Assembly: GCA_038212275.1 (NCBI GenBank)
Contig: JBBQUR010000005.1
Span: 128,001-192,000, forward strand
Reading direction: 5' to 3'
From: Planctomycetota bacterium
GTDB lineage: Bacteria > Planctomycetota > B15-G4
DNA: 64,000 nucleotides
The notes beneath the pieces are model-generated. The model was not told the origin of the DNA and made no database searches. It was given only the letters and a program-made list of their open reading frames with translations. This document shows positions 21,682 through 31,890 of this stretch, in pieces (the stretch's first letter is position 1; every line of letters begins with the position of its first letter). Made by a program: the position numbers and the translations under genes.

Positions 21682-23361
21682 GTGGATCGCCCGGTCACGC
21701 ACGATGTCTCTCCCGCCCGGCAGCAGCGCCTGCGTGCGCTGTTTGCCGCGCGCGGGCACGCGCTGACGACGAACCCGAAGAACGAGTACATCGCCTTCGA
21801 GGTGCGCACGCAGGACAAGTCCATCTTCACGCTCTACACGAGCGGCAAGTTCGTGTGCACCGCGCGCAGCGGCGACCCCGAGGGCGCGGTGCTGCTGGCG
21901 GACATCACGGAGCTGCTCGGCGGGGCGGCCGCGCCGCGCGCCGGCACGTCGGGCACGACCGGCACGTCGGGCACGGCCGGCACGTCGCGCACGGCCGGCA
22001 CGTCGCACACGGCCGGCACGTCGCGCACGGCCGGCACGTCGCGCACGGCCGGCACGGCAGCGGCCGCCGGAGGCGGGAAGAGCGAGCGGGGCGAGAAGGC
22101 GGTCGGCGCCTCGCAGGAGTCGGGTTCCGGCGGGCGTACGTCCAACGGTCTGTCGCTGGGCAGCAAGCGCGGCCTGCACTGGCTCGGCGGCGTGGACGAG
22201 ACCGGCACCGGCGAGTTGCTCGGCACCGCAGTGCTCTCCGGCGCGCTCCTGCCCGTGCCGCTGGCCGACGCGGTGGCTGCGGTCGCGGGGCATGTGGAGA
22301 CGAAGGCGTCGCGCGCCGCGTCCGGCTGGGCTGCTCTGGGCGAGCAACTCGCAGGGCTCGGCGAGAAGGGGCTGCACCTCTCGTCGCTGCCCGTCCCCAA
22401 TCGGCTCTTCGATGCGTGGTCCAAGAACGGGCTGCTCGACCTGGCCTACGTGCGCCTCGTCGGCGACATGCTGGCGAGCGCCGGGCTGGCGCGTGCCGGG
22501 TCGCTGGCCGATCTCGAGCTCGTCATCGACGACTACGGCACCGGCCCTCTGCTCGCCGACGCAGTCGAGGCCTGGCGCGGCCGCGGCATGACCGTGCTCG
22601 TGCAGACGCGCGCGGACGACCGGCACCTCGCGGTGCGCGTCGCGTCGGTGGTGGCGCGGGCGCACCGCAGTCGCGAGAAGACGGGCCTCGACCGCAGCGT
22701 GATCGACGGACCGCTGGGCACCGGCAACGCGGGCCACGGCATCACGCTGCGCTGGCTGCGTCGCCGCGCGGCCGCACGCGATCATGTGCAGGGCATCTGG
22801 CCTCCGTTCGTGAAGGCCTCGTTCAAGACGGTGCGCTTCGCGGACGGCCTGCCCGAGGTGACCAAGCGCCGCGTCCCGCTGCTGCGCGAGCTGCTCGACG
22901 ATGACGGCGCGCGAGACTTCCTGCGCGGCCGGCTCGACGTGAGCACGGCCGTGCTGCGTGGTGCGGGCGGTGCGCCGCTGCGCGCCTTCGCCGTCACCGC
23001 GCGCGGCGAGTTGCGCGAGCCCTCGCCGCCATGTGTGGCGTGGGAGCTGCTGCCGGTGCTCTGCGGCGGAGTCGTGCTGCACGACAGCGTCTGCGATGCG
23101 GACACGCTGGAGGCGCTGCTGGAACCCGAGGTCGGTCTGCTCACCGGCTGGCGCGTGCTGGTCGGTCCGCGCGATGCGGCCGACACGCGCGACGCCGGCA
23201 CCGCCACGCTGGCCACGCTTGCCGCCAGCCATGCTGCGGGCCAGCTCATGGTCGTGCCCACGGCGGTGGCAGACCCGCTGGATCGCGTGCGCCGCCATGC
23301 GGCCGTGCTGCTCTCGCGCGAGAGCTGCCCGGACGTGCTGTCGCTGCAGCTCGTGAGCTGA
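21682..23361 (+). CDS. Ribonuclease HII/HIII-like protein with N-terminal TBP-like domain and C-terminal extension
   Basis: GGVDETGTG, VIDDY, RADD, VRVASVVAR; N-terminal FTLYTSGKFV; start 21682 (or 21646). Confidence 0.75.
   Translation: MDRPVTHDVSPARQQRLRALFAARGHALTTNPKNEYIAFEVRTQDKSIFTLYTSGKFVCTARSGDPEGAVLLADITELLGGAAAPRAGTSGTTGTSGTAGTSRTAGTSHTAGTSRTAGTSRTAGTAAAAGGGKSERGEKAVGASQESGSGGRTSNGLSLGSKRGLHWLGGVDETGTGELLGTAVLSGALLPVPLADAVAAVAGHVETKASRAASGWAALGEQLAGLGEKGLHLSSLPVPNRLFDAWSKNGLLDLAYVRLVGDMLASAGLARAGSLADLELVIDDYGTGPLLADAVEAWRGRGMTVLVQTRADDRHLAVRVASVVARAHRSREKTGLDRSVIDGPLGTGNAGHGITLRWLRRRAAARDHVQGIWPPFVKASFKTVRFADGLPEVTKRRVPLLRELLDDDGARDFLRGRLDVSTAVLRGAGGAPLRAFAVTARGELREPSPPCVAWELLPVLCGGVVLHDSVCDADTLEALLEPEVGLLTGWRVLVGPRDAADTRDAGTATLATLAASHAAGQLMVVPTAVADPLDRVRRHAAVLLSRESCPDVLSLQLVS
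21943..22050 (+). repeat. Six 18-nt tandem repeats (GGCACGTCGnnCACGrCC) encoding a GTSRTA linker
   Basis: Read directly within the RNase H-like gene. Confidence 0.92.
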
Positions 23362-23419
23362 GCGCATCCATCGAGTTGTCGCATGGTGCGCCCCGGGCTG
23401 GACACGTCGACCCCGAGGA

Positions 23420-26410
23420 CTACTCGCGGTTCTGCTGTTGCCAGCGCACGGCGCGCGCCGCGATGCCGGCTCCGGGTTGCGCCGCGTCCCAGGCGGTGTA
23501 GAGCGCGAGGATGCCTTCCCGCGCGGCTACGTGGGCGGCCGGCGGTGCATCGGGCAGCAGCTCGAGCGCTTCGCAGGCCTGTCGCAGCAGGGCCTCGGCT
23601 TCCTCGTAGCGCCCGAGCGCCGTGAGGCAGCGCCCCTCGACTTGGCGGGCGAAGGCCAGCTCCCATGCGCTGCGGGGCACGAGCTTCTCGCGCACGGACA
23701 CCAGCTCCGCGAGCAGCGGCTCGGCCGTCGCTGCATCGCCGCGGGTCAGCAACGCCATGCCGTAGTCGTTGAGTGAATAGGCCAGCTCCACATGCACCTT
23801 GCCGTAACGATCGCGGCGCGACACCAGTGCCTTGCGGAAGAGCACGTCGGCCTCGTCGTGCCTGCCCTGGCGGTCGAGCACCTTGGCCAGGCCGTTCTGC
23901 GCGGCGGGCACGAAGGGCTGGTCCTGCAGGCCGTTGCGCTCGACGAGGTCCAGCGCTTCGGCGAGCGCAGGAGCGGCGGCCGCGTCGTCGCCGGCGTCCT
24001 GCAGTTGTCCGGCCCAGTTGTAGAGGCTCTGTGCCCGGTCGGGATCGTCCTCGCGCAGGATCCTCCGGTTGCTGGCCGCGATCGCACCCAGTTGCTCGGC
24101 AGCTTCCTGCGGGCGTCGCTGCCGCGCAAACACCTGCGCCGCCTTGAAGCGCGACGTCAAGGTCACCGGGCTGTCCTCGCCCAGCACGCGCCGGCTGCTC
24201 TCCAGGGTCGCGAAGATCAGCGGATCGGCCTCGTCGAAGCGCCCTTGCGACCACAGGCGGCCGGCGAGGTTGTTGAGCGTGTTCAGCGTCTCGAGGCTGT
24301 CGTCGCCGAAGATGCGGCGGCGCCGCTCCAGGCAGTCGCGCAGCATGGCCTCGCTTTCCTCGTGGCGGCCCAGCGCCTGCAGGCAGAGCGACAGGTTGTT
24401 GAGGATCGAGCAGGTCTGCTGGTTGTCGACGCCGAAGATGCGCTCAGAGCGGTCCAGGGCGTCGCGCAGAGCGGCTTCGGCGTCCTCGTGCTGCCCGAGC
24501 TTGTCGAGCGTGCTGCCCAGCGCGCCGAGCGCGACGATGGTGTCCGGGTGATCGTCGCCCAGCCGCGTGCTGCGCTCGTCCAGCAGCTGCTCGAGCAGCT
24601 CGCGCGACTCCGCGGACAGATTCATGAAGCCGAGCGTCTGGGCCAGCATGAAGCGCGTGTTGTTCACGTCGGGATGATCGGAGTCGGGCAGCCTGGACAG
24701 TCCGGCGAGCGACGCGCGCAGCGTGATTTCCGCTTCTCGGTAGCGCCCGAGGCGCATCAGCGTGTCGCCGAGCTCGGACTGCGAGTGCAGCGTGTCGACG
24801 TCGTCTGCGCCGAAGGCCGCCGTCAGCTGCTGCAGCGTCGTGCGCTGCATGGCCTCGGCGCCGGCCAGGTCGCCGCGCAGCTTGCGCAGGCGTCCGAGAT
24901 CGCCGGCCGTCATGAGCGTGCGCCGGTCGTCCGGGCCGAAGTGCTCCAGCTCCACGGCGTAAGCGCGCTGCAGCTCAGAGTCCGCCTCGACGAACTGGTT
25001 GAGCCGGCCGTAGACGTTGCCCAGCGTGTTGCGCAGGCGTGCCTCGACGTCCGGCTGTCCGGCCAGCTCCACCGGCAACCGCGCGCTCGCCTCGCCGAGG
25101 ATGCGCTGCAGGAGCGTCGTGTCGGCGCCGCGCGCCACGCTGGGATCGATGCCCTTGAACATCGTGAGCAGGAAGGCCGCGGTGGCCTCGGCGTGCTGCT
25201 GCTGCGTCTCGGCTGCCACGCGCGCGTCGTGCTCGCGGACGTTGGCCTCGCGCTCGCGCTCGGTCGCCTGGCGCGCGCGCTCCGTCGCTGCACGCTCGCT
25301 CACGTTGGCGCTGCGTTCGCGCAGGTAGAGCTGCGTGGTGACGGCCACGGCGATCATCAGCGTCAGCAACACGGCGGCCAGTGCGCCCACCAGGATCCGG
25401 TTGCGCCGCGCGAAGCGGGAGAGCTGGTACCAGGCGCTGGCGGGGCGCGCGGCGATCGGCTCGTCGGCCAGGTGGCGCCGGATGTCGTCGGCCATGGCGG
25501 CCGCCGAGGCGTAGCGCCGTGTCTTGTCCTTCTCGAGTGCCTTCTGGACGATCGTCTCGATGTCGCCGCGCAGCGCGCGGTCGTGCGAGCTCAGCCTGCT
25601 CGGCTCGTCCTCCTGGATGACGCGCACGGCCTCCGGCAGGCCCGCGCGATCCAGGATGTGCGGCAGCCGCCCGGTCAGCAATTCGTAGAGCACGACGCCC
25701 AGCGAATACACGTCGGAGCGCGCGTCGACCTCGTCCTGCCTGCCGCCCGCCTGCTCCGGGCTCATGTAGGCCAGCGTGCCGAGCATCGCGCCCATGTCGG
25801 TGCGCATCGTGGTCGAGCGGCCGTCGTCGTCGACCAGCCGCGCCACGCCGAAGTCCAGCACCTTGGGCTGGCCCTCGGGCGTCATCAGGATGTTGCCCGG
25901 CTTGAGGTCGCGATGGATCACGCCCTTGCCGTGCGCGTGCTCCACGGCGTCGGCGATGAGGATCGCGAGTTCCAGTCGCGCGCGGATGTCGAGCGAGTGC
26001 TCCTGTGCGTACTGGTCGATGCGCCCGCCCTCGACGAACTCCAGCGCGAAGTACGGCAGCACGCCCTGCTCGGTGGCGTAGGTGCCGGCCTGGAAGATCT
26101 GCGCGATGCCGGGATGCCGCAGCCGCGCCAGCAGCTCGCCCTCCTGCTCGAAGCGGCGCAGCGTGCGCGGCGACAGCGCGCCGGCATGGATCACCTTGAG
26201 CGCGACCCGGCGCGTCGGGTGCTCCTGCTGCGCCAGGAAGACGACGCCCATGCCGCCTTCGCCGATCTTTCGCAGAATCCGGAACGGCCCGATCTCGCGC
26301 GGCAGGTCGATCGGGCGCGCCTCCGACGGCGCCTCCGGGTCCGTGGAGTCGGCCGAGTCGGCCGAGTCGGCCGAGTCGGGAGAAGCGGGAGAGGCGGGCT
26401 GCTCGGTCAT
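23420..26410 (-). CDS. Ser/Thr protein kinase with TM helix and TPR repeats
   Basis: IGEGGMGVVF, VALK, HRDLKPGN, DFG, GTLAYMSPEQ, DVYSLG; repeated LGDDHPDT-type TPRs. Confidence 0.95.
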   Translation of the reverse strand: MTEQPASPASPDSADSADSADSTDPEAPSEARPIDLPREIGPFRILRKIGEGGMGVVFLAQQEHPTRRVALKVIHAGALSPRTLRRFEQEGELLARLRHPGIAQIFQAGTYATEQGVLPYFALEFVEGGRIDQYAQEHSLDIRARLELAILIADAVEHAHGKGVIHRDLKPGNILMTPEGQPKVLDFGVARLVDDDGRSTTMRTDMGAMLGTLAYMSPEQAGGRQDEVDARSDVYSLGVVLYELLTGRLPHILDRAGLPEAVRVIQEDEPSRLSSHDRALRGDIETIVQKALEKDKTRRYASAAAMADDIRRHLADEPIAARPASAWYQLSRFARRNRILVGALAAVLLTLMIAVAVTTQLYLRERSANVSERAATERARQATEREREANVREHDARVAAETQQQHAEATAAFLLTMFKGIDPSVARGADTTLLQRILGEASARLPVELAGQPDVEARLRNTLGNVYGRLNQFVEADSELQRAYAVELEHFGPDDRRTLMTAGDLGRLRKLRGDLAGAEAMQRTTLQQLTAAFGADDVDTLHSQSELGDTLMRLGRYREAEITLRASLAGLSRLPDSDHPDVNNTRFMLAQTLGFMNLSAESRELLEQLLDERSTRLGDDHPDTIVALGALGSTLDKLGQHEDAEAALRDALDRSERIFGVDNQQTCSILNNLSLCLQALGRHEESEAMLRDCLERRRRIFGDDSLETLNTLNNLAGRLWSQGRFDEADPLIFATLESSRRVLGEDSPVTLTSRFKAAQVFARQRRPQEAAEQLGAIAASNRRILREDDPDRAQSLYNWAGQLQDAGDDAAAAPALAEALDLVERNGLQDQPFVPAAQNGLAKVLDRQGRHDEADVLFRKALVSRRDRYGKVHVELAYSLNDYGMALLTRGDAATAEPLLAELVSVREKLVPRSAWELAFARQVEGRCLTALGRYEEAEALLRQACEALELLPDAPPAAHVAAREGILALYTAWDAAQPGAGIAARAVRWQQQNRE

Positions 26411-26526
26411 GCGGGCGGAAGTGTCGCATGAGGCGGCGCCCCGTACGACGTGGCGCAGGCGGCACCCGGGTCGTGGCACTTGTGGAACTCCGAATCCGCT
26501 AGTGAGGGGAAAGGAGGCCTCCGCCC

Positions 26527-28005
26527 ATGTTCGACACGCACCCTGTCCCGCTTCCGCACACGCGGCGGAGTTTCCTGCTCGGATCGGCGGCTGCGGCCGC
26601 GGGACTCGCGCTCACGTCGCGGAGCGTGGTGGCCGCGCTCGTGCCGGCGCTGCCGGGCCGCCCGGAGGAATTGCCCGACGAGCGGGCCGAGCGCGAGGCC
26701 TTCCTCGCCGCCGTCATCGCGGGCGACCTGGTCGCCGTGCGCGCGCGCCTCGAGACGAGGCCGCGCCTCGTCGATGCCGCCGATGCGGCCGGGTGCTCCG
26801 CGCTCGTGCTGGCGTACTGCCATGGCCAGCAGCCCGTCGCGGACGCCCTGCGCGAACGCGGGGCGCGCGTCGAACTCATCGAGGCCTGCATGATTCCCGA
26901 TTGGGATCGCGTGAAGGAGCTGGCGGGCGGTGATGGGGCGGGCGTCGACGCATGGCACCCCGTCGGCGGCACCGCGATGTACGCCGCGGCGCGTGCCGGC
27001 CGCGCCGACACCTATCACCTGCAGGATCTGGGCGCCGACCCCGATGGCAACCCGCGCGGGCGCTCCGGCGTCACGCCTGCCTGGGGCGCCCTCGAGTGCA
27101 GGGACCCCATCGACGCGTGGCGCTGCACGGTCGCACTGCTGAGCAACGGCGCGCACGTGAATGCGCCGCAGCGCCACGGCGAGACGCTGCTGCACGCCGC
27201 GGCGCGGCGCGGCGACGTGAACATCCTGCGCTACCTGCTGCGGCGCGGCGCGGACACGGAGGCGCGGACGCTGCATGGAGTCACCGCGCTTGGCGAAGCG
27301 GAGCGCCTCGGTCACGAGGCGGCCGCCGCGATGCTGCGGAATGCGTCGAGCGTCGAGCGCGACGACTTCACGCTGCGCTACGCCTTCGACGCGAGCGGTG
27401 CGCCGGTCATCTGGCCGGACCTCTCCGATCTCTCGCCCGCCGAGATGAGCGCGGTGACGGGGCCCTCGCACTTCAATCTCGAGGCCGTGAAGACCGCCGT
27501 CGGCAGCGACACGCGGCGCTCCTTCTCGGTGTCCACGCAGGACGAACTCGCCGTCGAGGCCTGCGGTCACACGGGTTACCGCGAGGCCATCGCCTATCAC
27601 CTCGACCACGGCGTCCCGATGTCGCTCGCGACGGCACTCTCCTTCGGCGACCTGAAGCGGGCGCGCGCGCTGCTCGAACGCCATCCCGGTTCGATCCACG
27701 AGCGCGGCCCGCACGACTTCGCGATCATGTGGTACCCGGCCATCGGCGGCGACTCTGTCGAGGCCGCGCAACTGCTGCTCGAGCATGGTGCCGACGTGAA
27801 CCAGGACAGCCAGGGCACGATCGCGCTGCACTGGGCGGCGATGCGCGGCCGGCTCGAACTGGCCGCGTTTCTCCTCGACGAGGGGGCGCGCATCGATGCC
27901 GTCAGCTACAGTTTCGATCGGGCCGGCAGGACGCCGCTGCAACTCGCCCTGGAGCGCGAGCAGGACAAGCTCGTCACGCTGCTTCGCGAGCGCGGCGCCA
28001 CCTGA
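26527..28005 (+). CDS. Ankyrin-repeat protein with Tat signal peptide
   Basis: TRRSFLL + hydrophobic stretch; GETLLHAAA, LLRRGAD, LLEHGADVN, GRTPLQLA; SD AAGGAGG. Confidence 0.88.
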   Translation: MFDTHPVPLPHTRRSFLLGSAAAAAGLALTSRSVVAALVPALPGRPEELPDERAEREAFLAAVIAGDLVAVRARLETRPRLVDAADAAGCSALVLAYCHGQQPVADALRERGARVELIEACMIPDWDRVKELAGGDGAGVDAWHPVGGTAMYAAARAGRADTYHLQDLGADPDGNPRGRSGVTPAWGALECRDPIDAWRCTVALLSNGAHVNAPQRHGETLLHAAARRGDVNILRYLLRRGADTEARTLHGVTALGEAERLGHEAAAAMLRNASSVERDDFTLRYAFDASGAPVIWPDLSDLSPAEMSAVTGPSHFNLEAVKTAVGSDTRRSFSVSTQDELAVEACGHTGYREAIAYHLDHGVPMSLATALSFGDLKRARALLERHPGSIHERGPHDFAIMWYPAIGGDSVEAAQLLLEHGADVNQDSQGTIALHWAAMRGRLELAAFLLDEGARIDAVSYSFDRAGRTPLQLALEREQDKLVTLLRERGAT

Positions 28006-28065
28006 CCGTGCCATGAAGGCTCAGCAGGCCGTGAGGCTGTCATCGCGCACCACTCGATCGAACCC

Positions 28066-28537
28066 GTGTACGAACGCCTGCGCGTGCTTGCCGCCCGGCA
28101 GCTCGGGCGGGAGCGCATCGATCACACGCTGCAGCCCACGGCGCTGGTGCACGAGGCGTGGTTGCGCCTCGCGGACTGGCGCAGCAGCGACGAGCTGGCG
28201 GCGCTTCCGCCGGAGGAGTTCGCGATGCTGGCGAGCTCGATCATGCGTCGCGTGCTGACCGATCACGCACGCTCGCGAGGAGCCGCCAAACGCACCGCGG
28301 ACAGCGCGCCTCCCGCTTCCGGCACGACCTCCGGCGCGCGCATCATCGTCGAAGTGGATGATGCGCTGCGCGACCTGGCCGAGCAGGACGCGGAGCTCGC
28401 GCGCCTCGTCGAGCTGCGCTTCTTCGGCGGCTGCACGCTGCGCGAAATCGCCACGCTGACGGGAGCCTCGCTGCGCACGGTGAATCGTCGCTGGCAGCTC
28501 GCGCGCGCCTGGCTGCTCGACGCGATGGGCCAGGACC

Positions 28538-28548
<11 letters not shown>
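28066..28548 (+). CDS. ECF sigma factor of the kinase-associated (TIGR02999-like) type
   Basis: HTLQPTALVHEAWLRL, MRRVLTDHAR, VELRFFGG, RTVNRRWQLARAWL; N-terminus short. Confidence 0.88.
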
Positions 28549-30301
<1,753 letters not shown>

Positions 30302-30514
30302 TTCCGGAGTCTCCCCGGGCGGGACAGCTGAAGCGCAGGATGGCCGTGGATGTGCTGCGCTGCGCGGGCGGCAGAGCCTCCGCATGTCACAAGCGCCTCG
30401 ACTCGCCGATTCCTTGTCTTGCAGCGCATGATCCCATGGAAGCCATGCGGCGTCGTGCTCGCAGCTGTGGGGCAACCAGTCGGCGCACGCGCCCCGACCG
30501 CAGTCCGGAGATCC

Positions 30515-31759
30515 ATGGGCAGCCCCCGCATCGTGCTGTTCGCCGCCGACGAGGTCGGGCACTTCCAGCGGATGCTGCCGTTGATGGCGGGGCTCAGGCG
30601 TCGCGGTGCGCGCGTGGAGGTCTTCACCTACCCGCGCTTCCGCACGGCGGTCGAGAGCACCGGCGCAGCCTTCACGGACCTCTCCGACCTTTGTTCGGAG
30701 GAGGCTGCCGACGCCACGTCGCAGCCGGCGGCCTGCCGCTCCGTCGCCTTCGCAGGCTGCTACGCGGACGTCGTCGCCGAGCGCCTCGCGTGCGACCGCC
30801 CGGCGCTCATCCTGCACGACACCTTTGCGGTCATCGGGTATGTCGTGGGGCGGGTGCTCGGCGTGCCCTGCGTCAACATCTGCGCCGGGCACAACGTGGA
30901 TCCCGAGACGTTCCAGGCCGCTCTGGCCGTGGACCCGCGCGTGTTCGTCTCGCAGGACTGCCATGCGGCCGTCGAGCGACTGCGCAGCCGCTTCGGCATC
31001 ACGAACGCCTCACCCTTCCTCTACGTGGCGACGCTCAGCCCGTGGCTCAACATCTGCTGCGAGCCGCCCGAATACCTGGCGCCTCACGAACGGCAGGTCT
31101 TTGCGCCGCTCGCGTTCTTCGGCTCGCTGGCGGACACGACATTGCCGTCACGGCGAGAGCCGGGCACGGAAGCGCACTTCGGTGCCGAGCCCGAGACGCT
31201 CAAGGTCTACGTCTCGTTCGGCACGGTCGCGTGGCGCTACTACAGGCCGCAGGTCGTGGCGGCGCTGAGTGTGATTGCGGCGGAGCTGTCCGGGAGGCCG
31301 GGCACGACGTCCATCGTGTCGCTCGGAGGCCACGCACTCTCCGTGCGCGACCTCGCGGCGCTGGAGCTGCCCGGCGTGCGGGTCGTGCGGTACGCCAACC
31401 AGCGCGAGGTGCTTGCGGAGGCCGACGTCTTCATCACGCACCACGGCCTGAACTCCACGCACGAGGCGGTCTACCACCGCGTGCCGATGATCTCGTACCC
31501 CTTGTTCTGGGATCAGCCGGCTCTTGCCGCCCGGTGCCAGGAGTTCGGCATCGCCGTGCCGCTGGTCGCGACGCCGCGCGGACCCGTGACGCGCTCCGAC
31601 GTGGCGCGTGCGCTCGATGCGGTCGTCGATGCGGACTTCCTGCAACCTGCCCTGAAGCTGGCTCGCGAACGCGAACTCGCCGTCATGCGCGCTCGCGACG
31701 GTGTCCTCGATCAGCTCATGGATCTCGCCGGCGGCCGGTCGCTCACGCTGGGGCGGTGA
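30515..31759 (+). CDS. GT1 family glycosyltransferase (MGT/UDP-glycosyltransferase-like)
   Basis: GHF, VYVSFGT, QREVL, FITHHGLNSTHEA, PLFWDQP; GGAG SD. Confidence 0.88.
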   Translation: MGSPRIVLFAADEVGHFQRMLPLMAGLRRRGARVEVFTYPRFRTAVESTGAAFTDLSDLCSEEAADATSQPAACRSVAFAGCYADVVAERLACDRPALILHDTFAVIGYVVGRVLGVPCVNICAGHNVDPETFQAALAVDPRVFVSQDCHAAVERLRSRFGITNASPFLYVATLSPWLNICCEPPEYLAPHERQVFAPLAFFGSLADTTLPSRREPGTEAHFGAEPETLKVYVSFGTVAWRYYRPQVVAALSVIAAELSGRPGTTSIVSLGGHALSVRDLAALELPGVRVVRYANQREVLAEADVFITHHGLNSTHEAVYHRVPMISYPLFWDQPALAARCQEFGIAVPLVATPRGPVTRSDVARALDAVVDADFLQPALKLARERELAVMRARDGVLDQLMDLAGGRSLTLGR

Positions 31760-31890
31760 AGCGGGCGCGCCGCCCTTGCCGGTTCATTCGTCTTGCATGT
31801 TTTGAGGGTATGCAGCAAGGTATCCGCCACGGACACGCCGGCCGGGCTGCCTTGGCTCGCGGCGAGTGACGACCTGCGGGAGACGGGCAC

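Noticed and set aside
21943..22050. CRISPR-like or DGR-like repeat in a nuclease gene
   Set aside because: It is an in-frame 18-nt tandem linker with no spacers and no reverse transcriptase in the window.
20068..23367. 1099 aa minus-strand ORF and the many other long antisense/alternate-frame ORFs (e.g. 36419-39709, 23792-26431, 5263-7503)
   Set aside because: These are shadows of well-supported genes in high-GC DNA; they are Arg/Ala/Gly-rich with no motifs.
26483..26510. ECF-type promoter (GGAACT) upstream of the ankyrin gene
   Set aside because: No clear matching -10 element and no second copy in the window.
28003..28065. Selenocysteine readthrough of the ankyrin TGA
   Set aside because: No convincing SECIS-like hairpin or Cys-equivalent context, and a Tat-ankyrin/sigma fusion is implausible.
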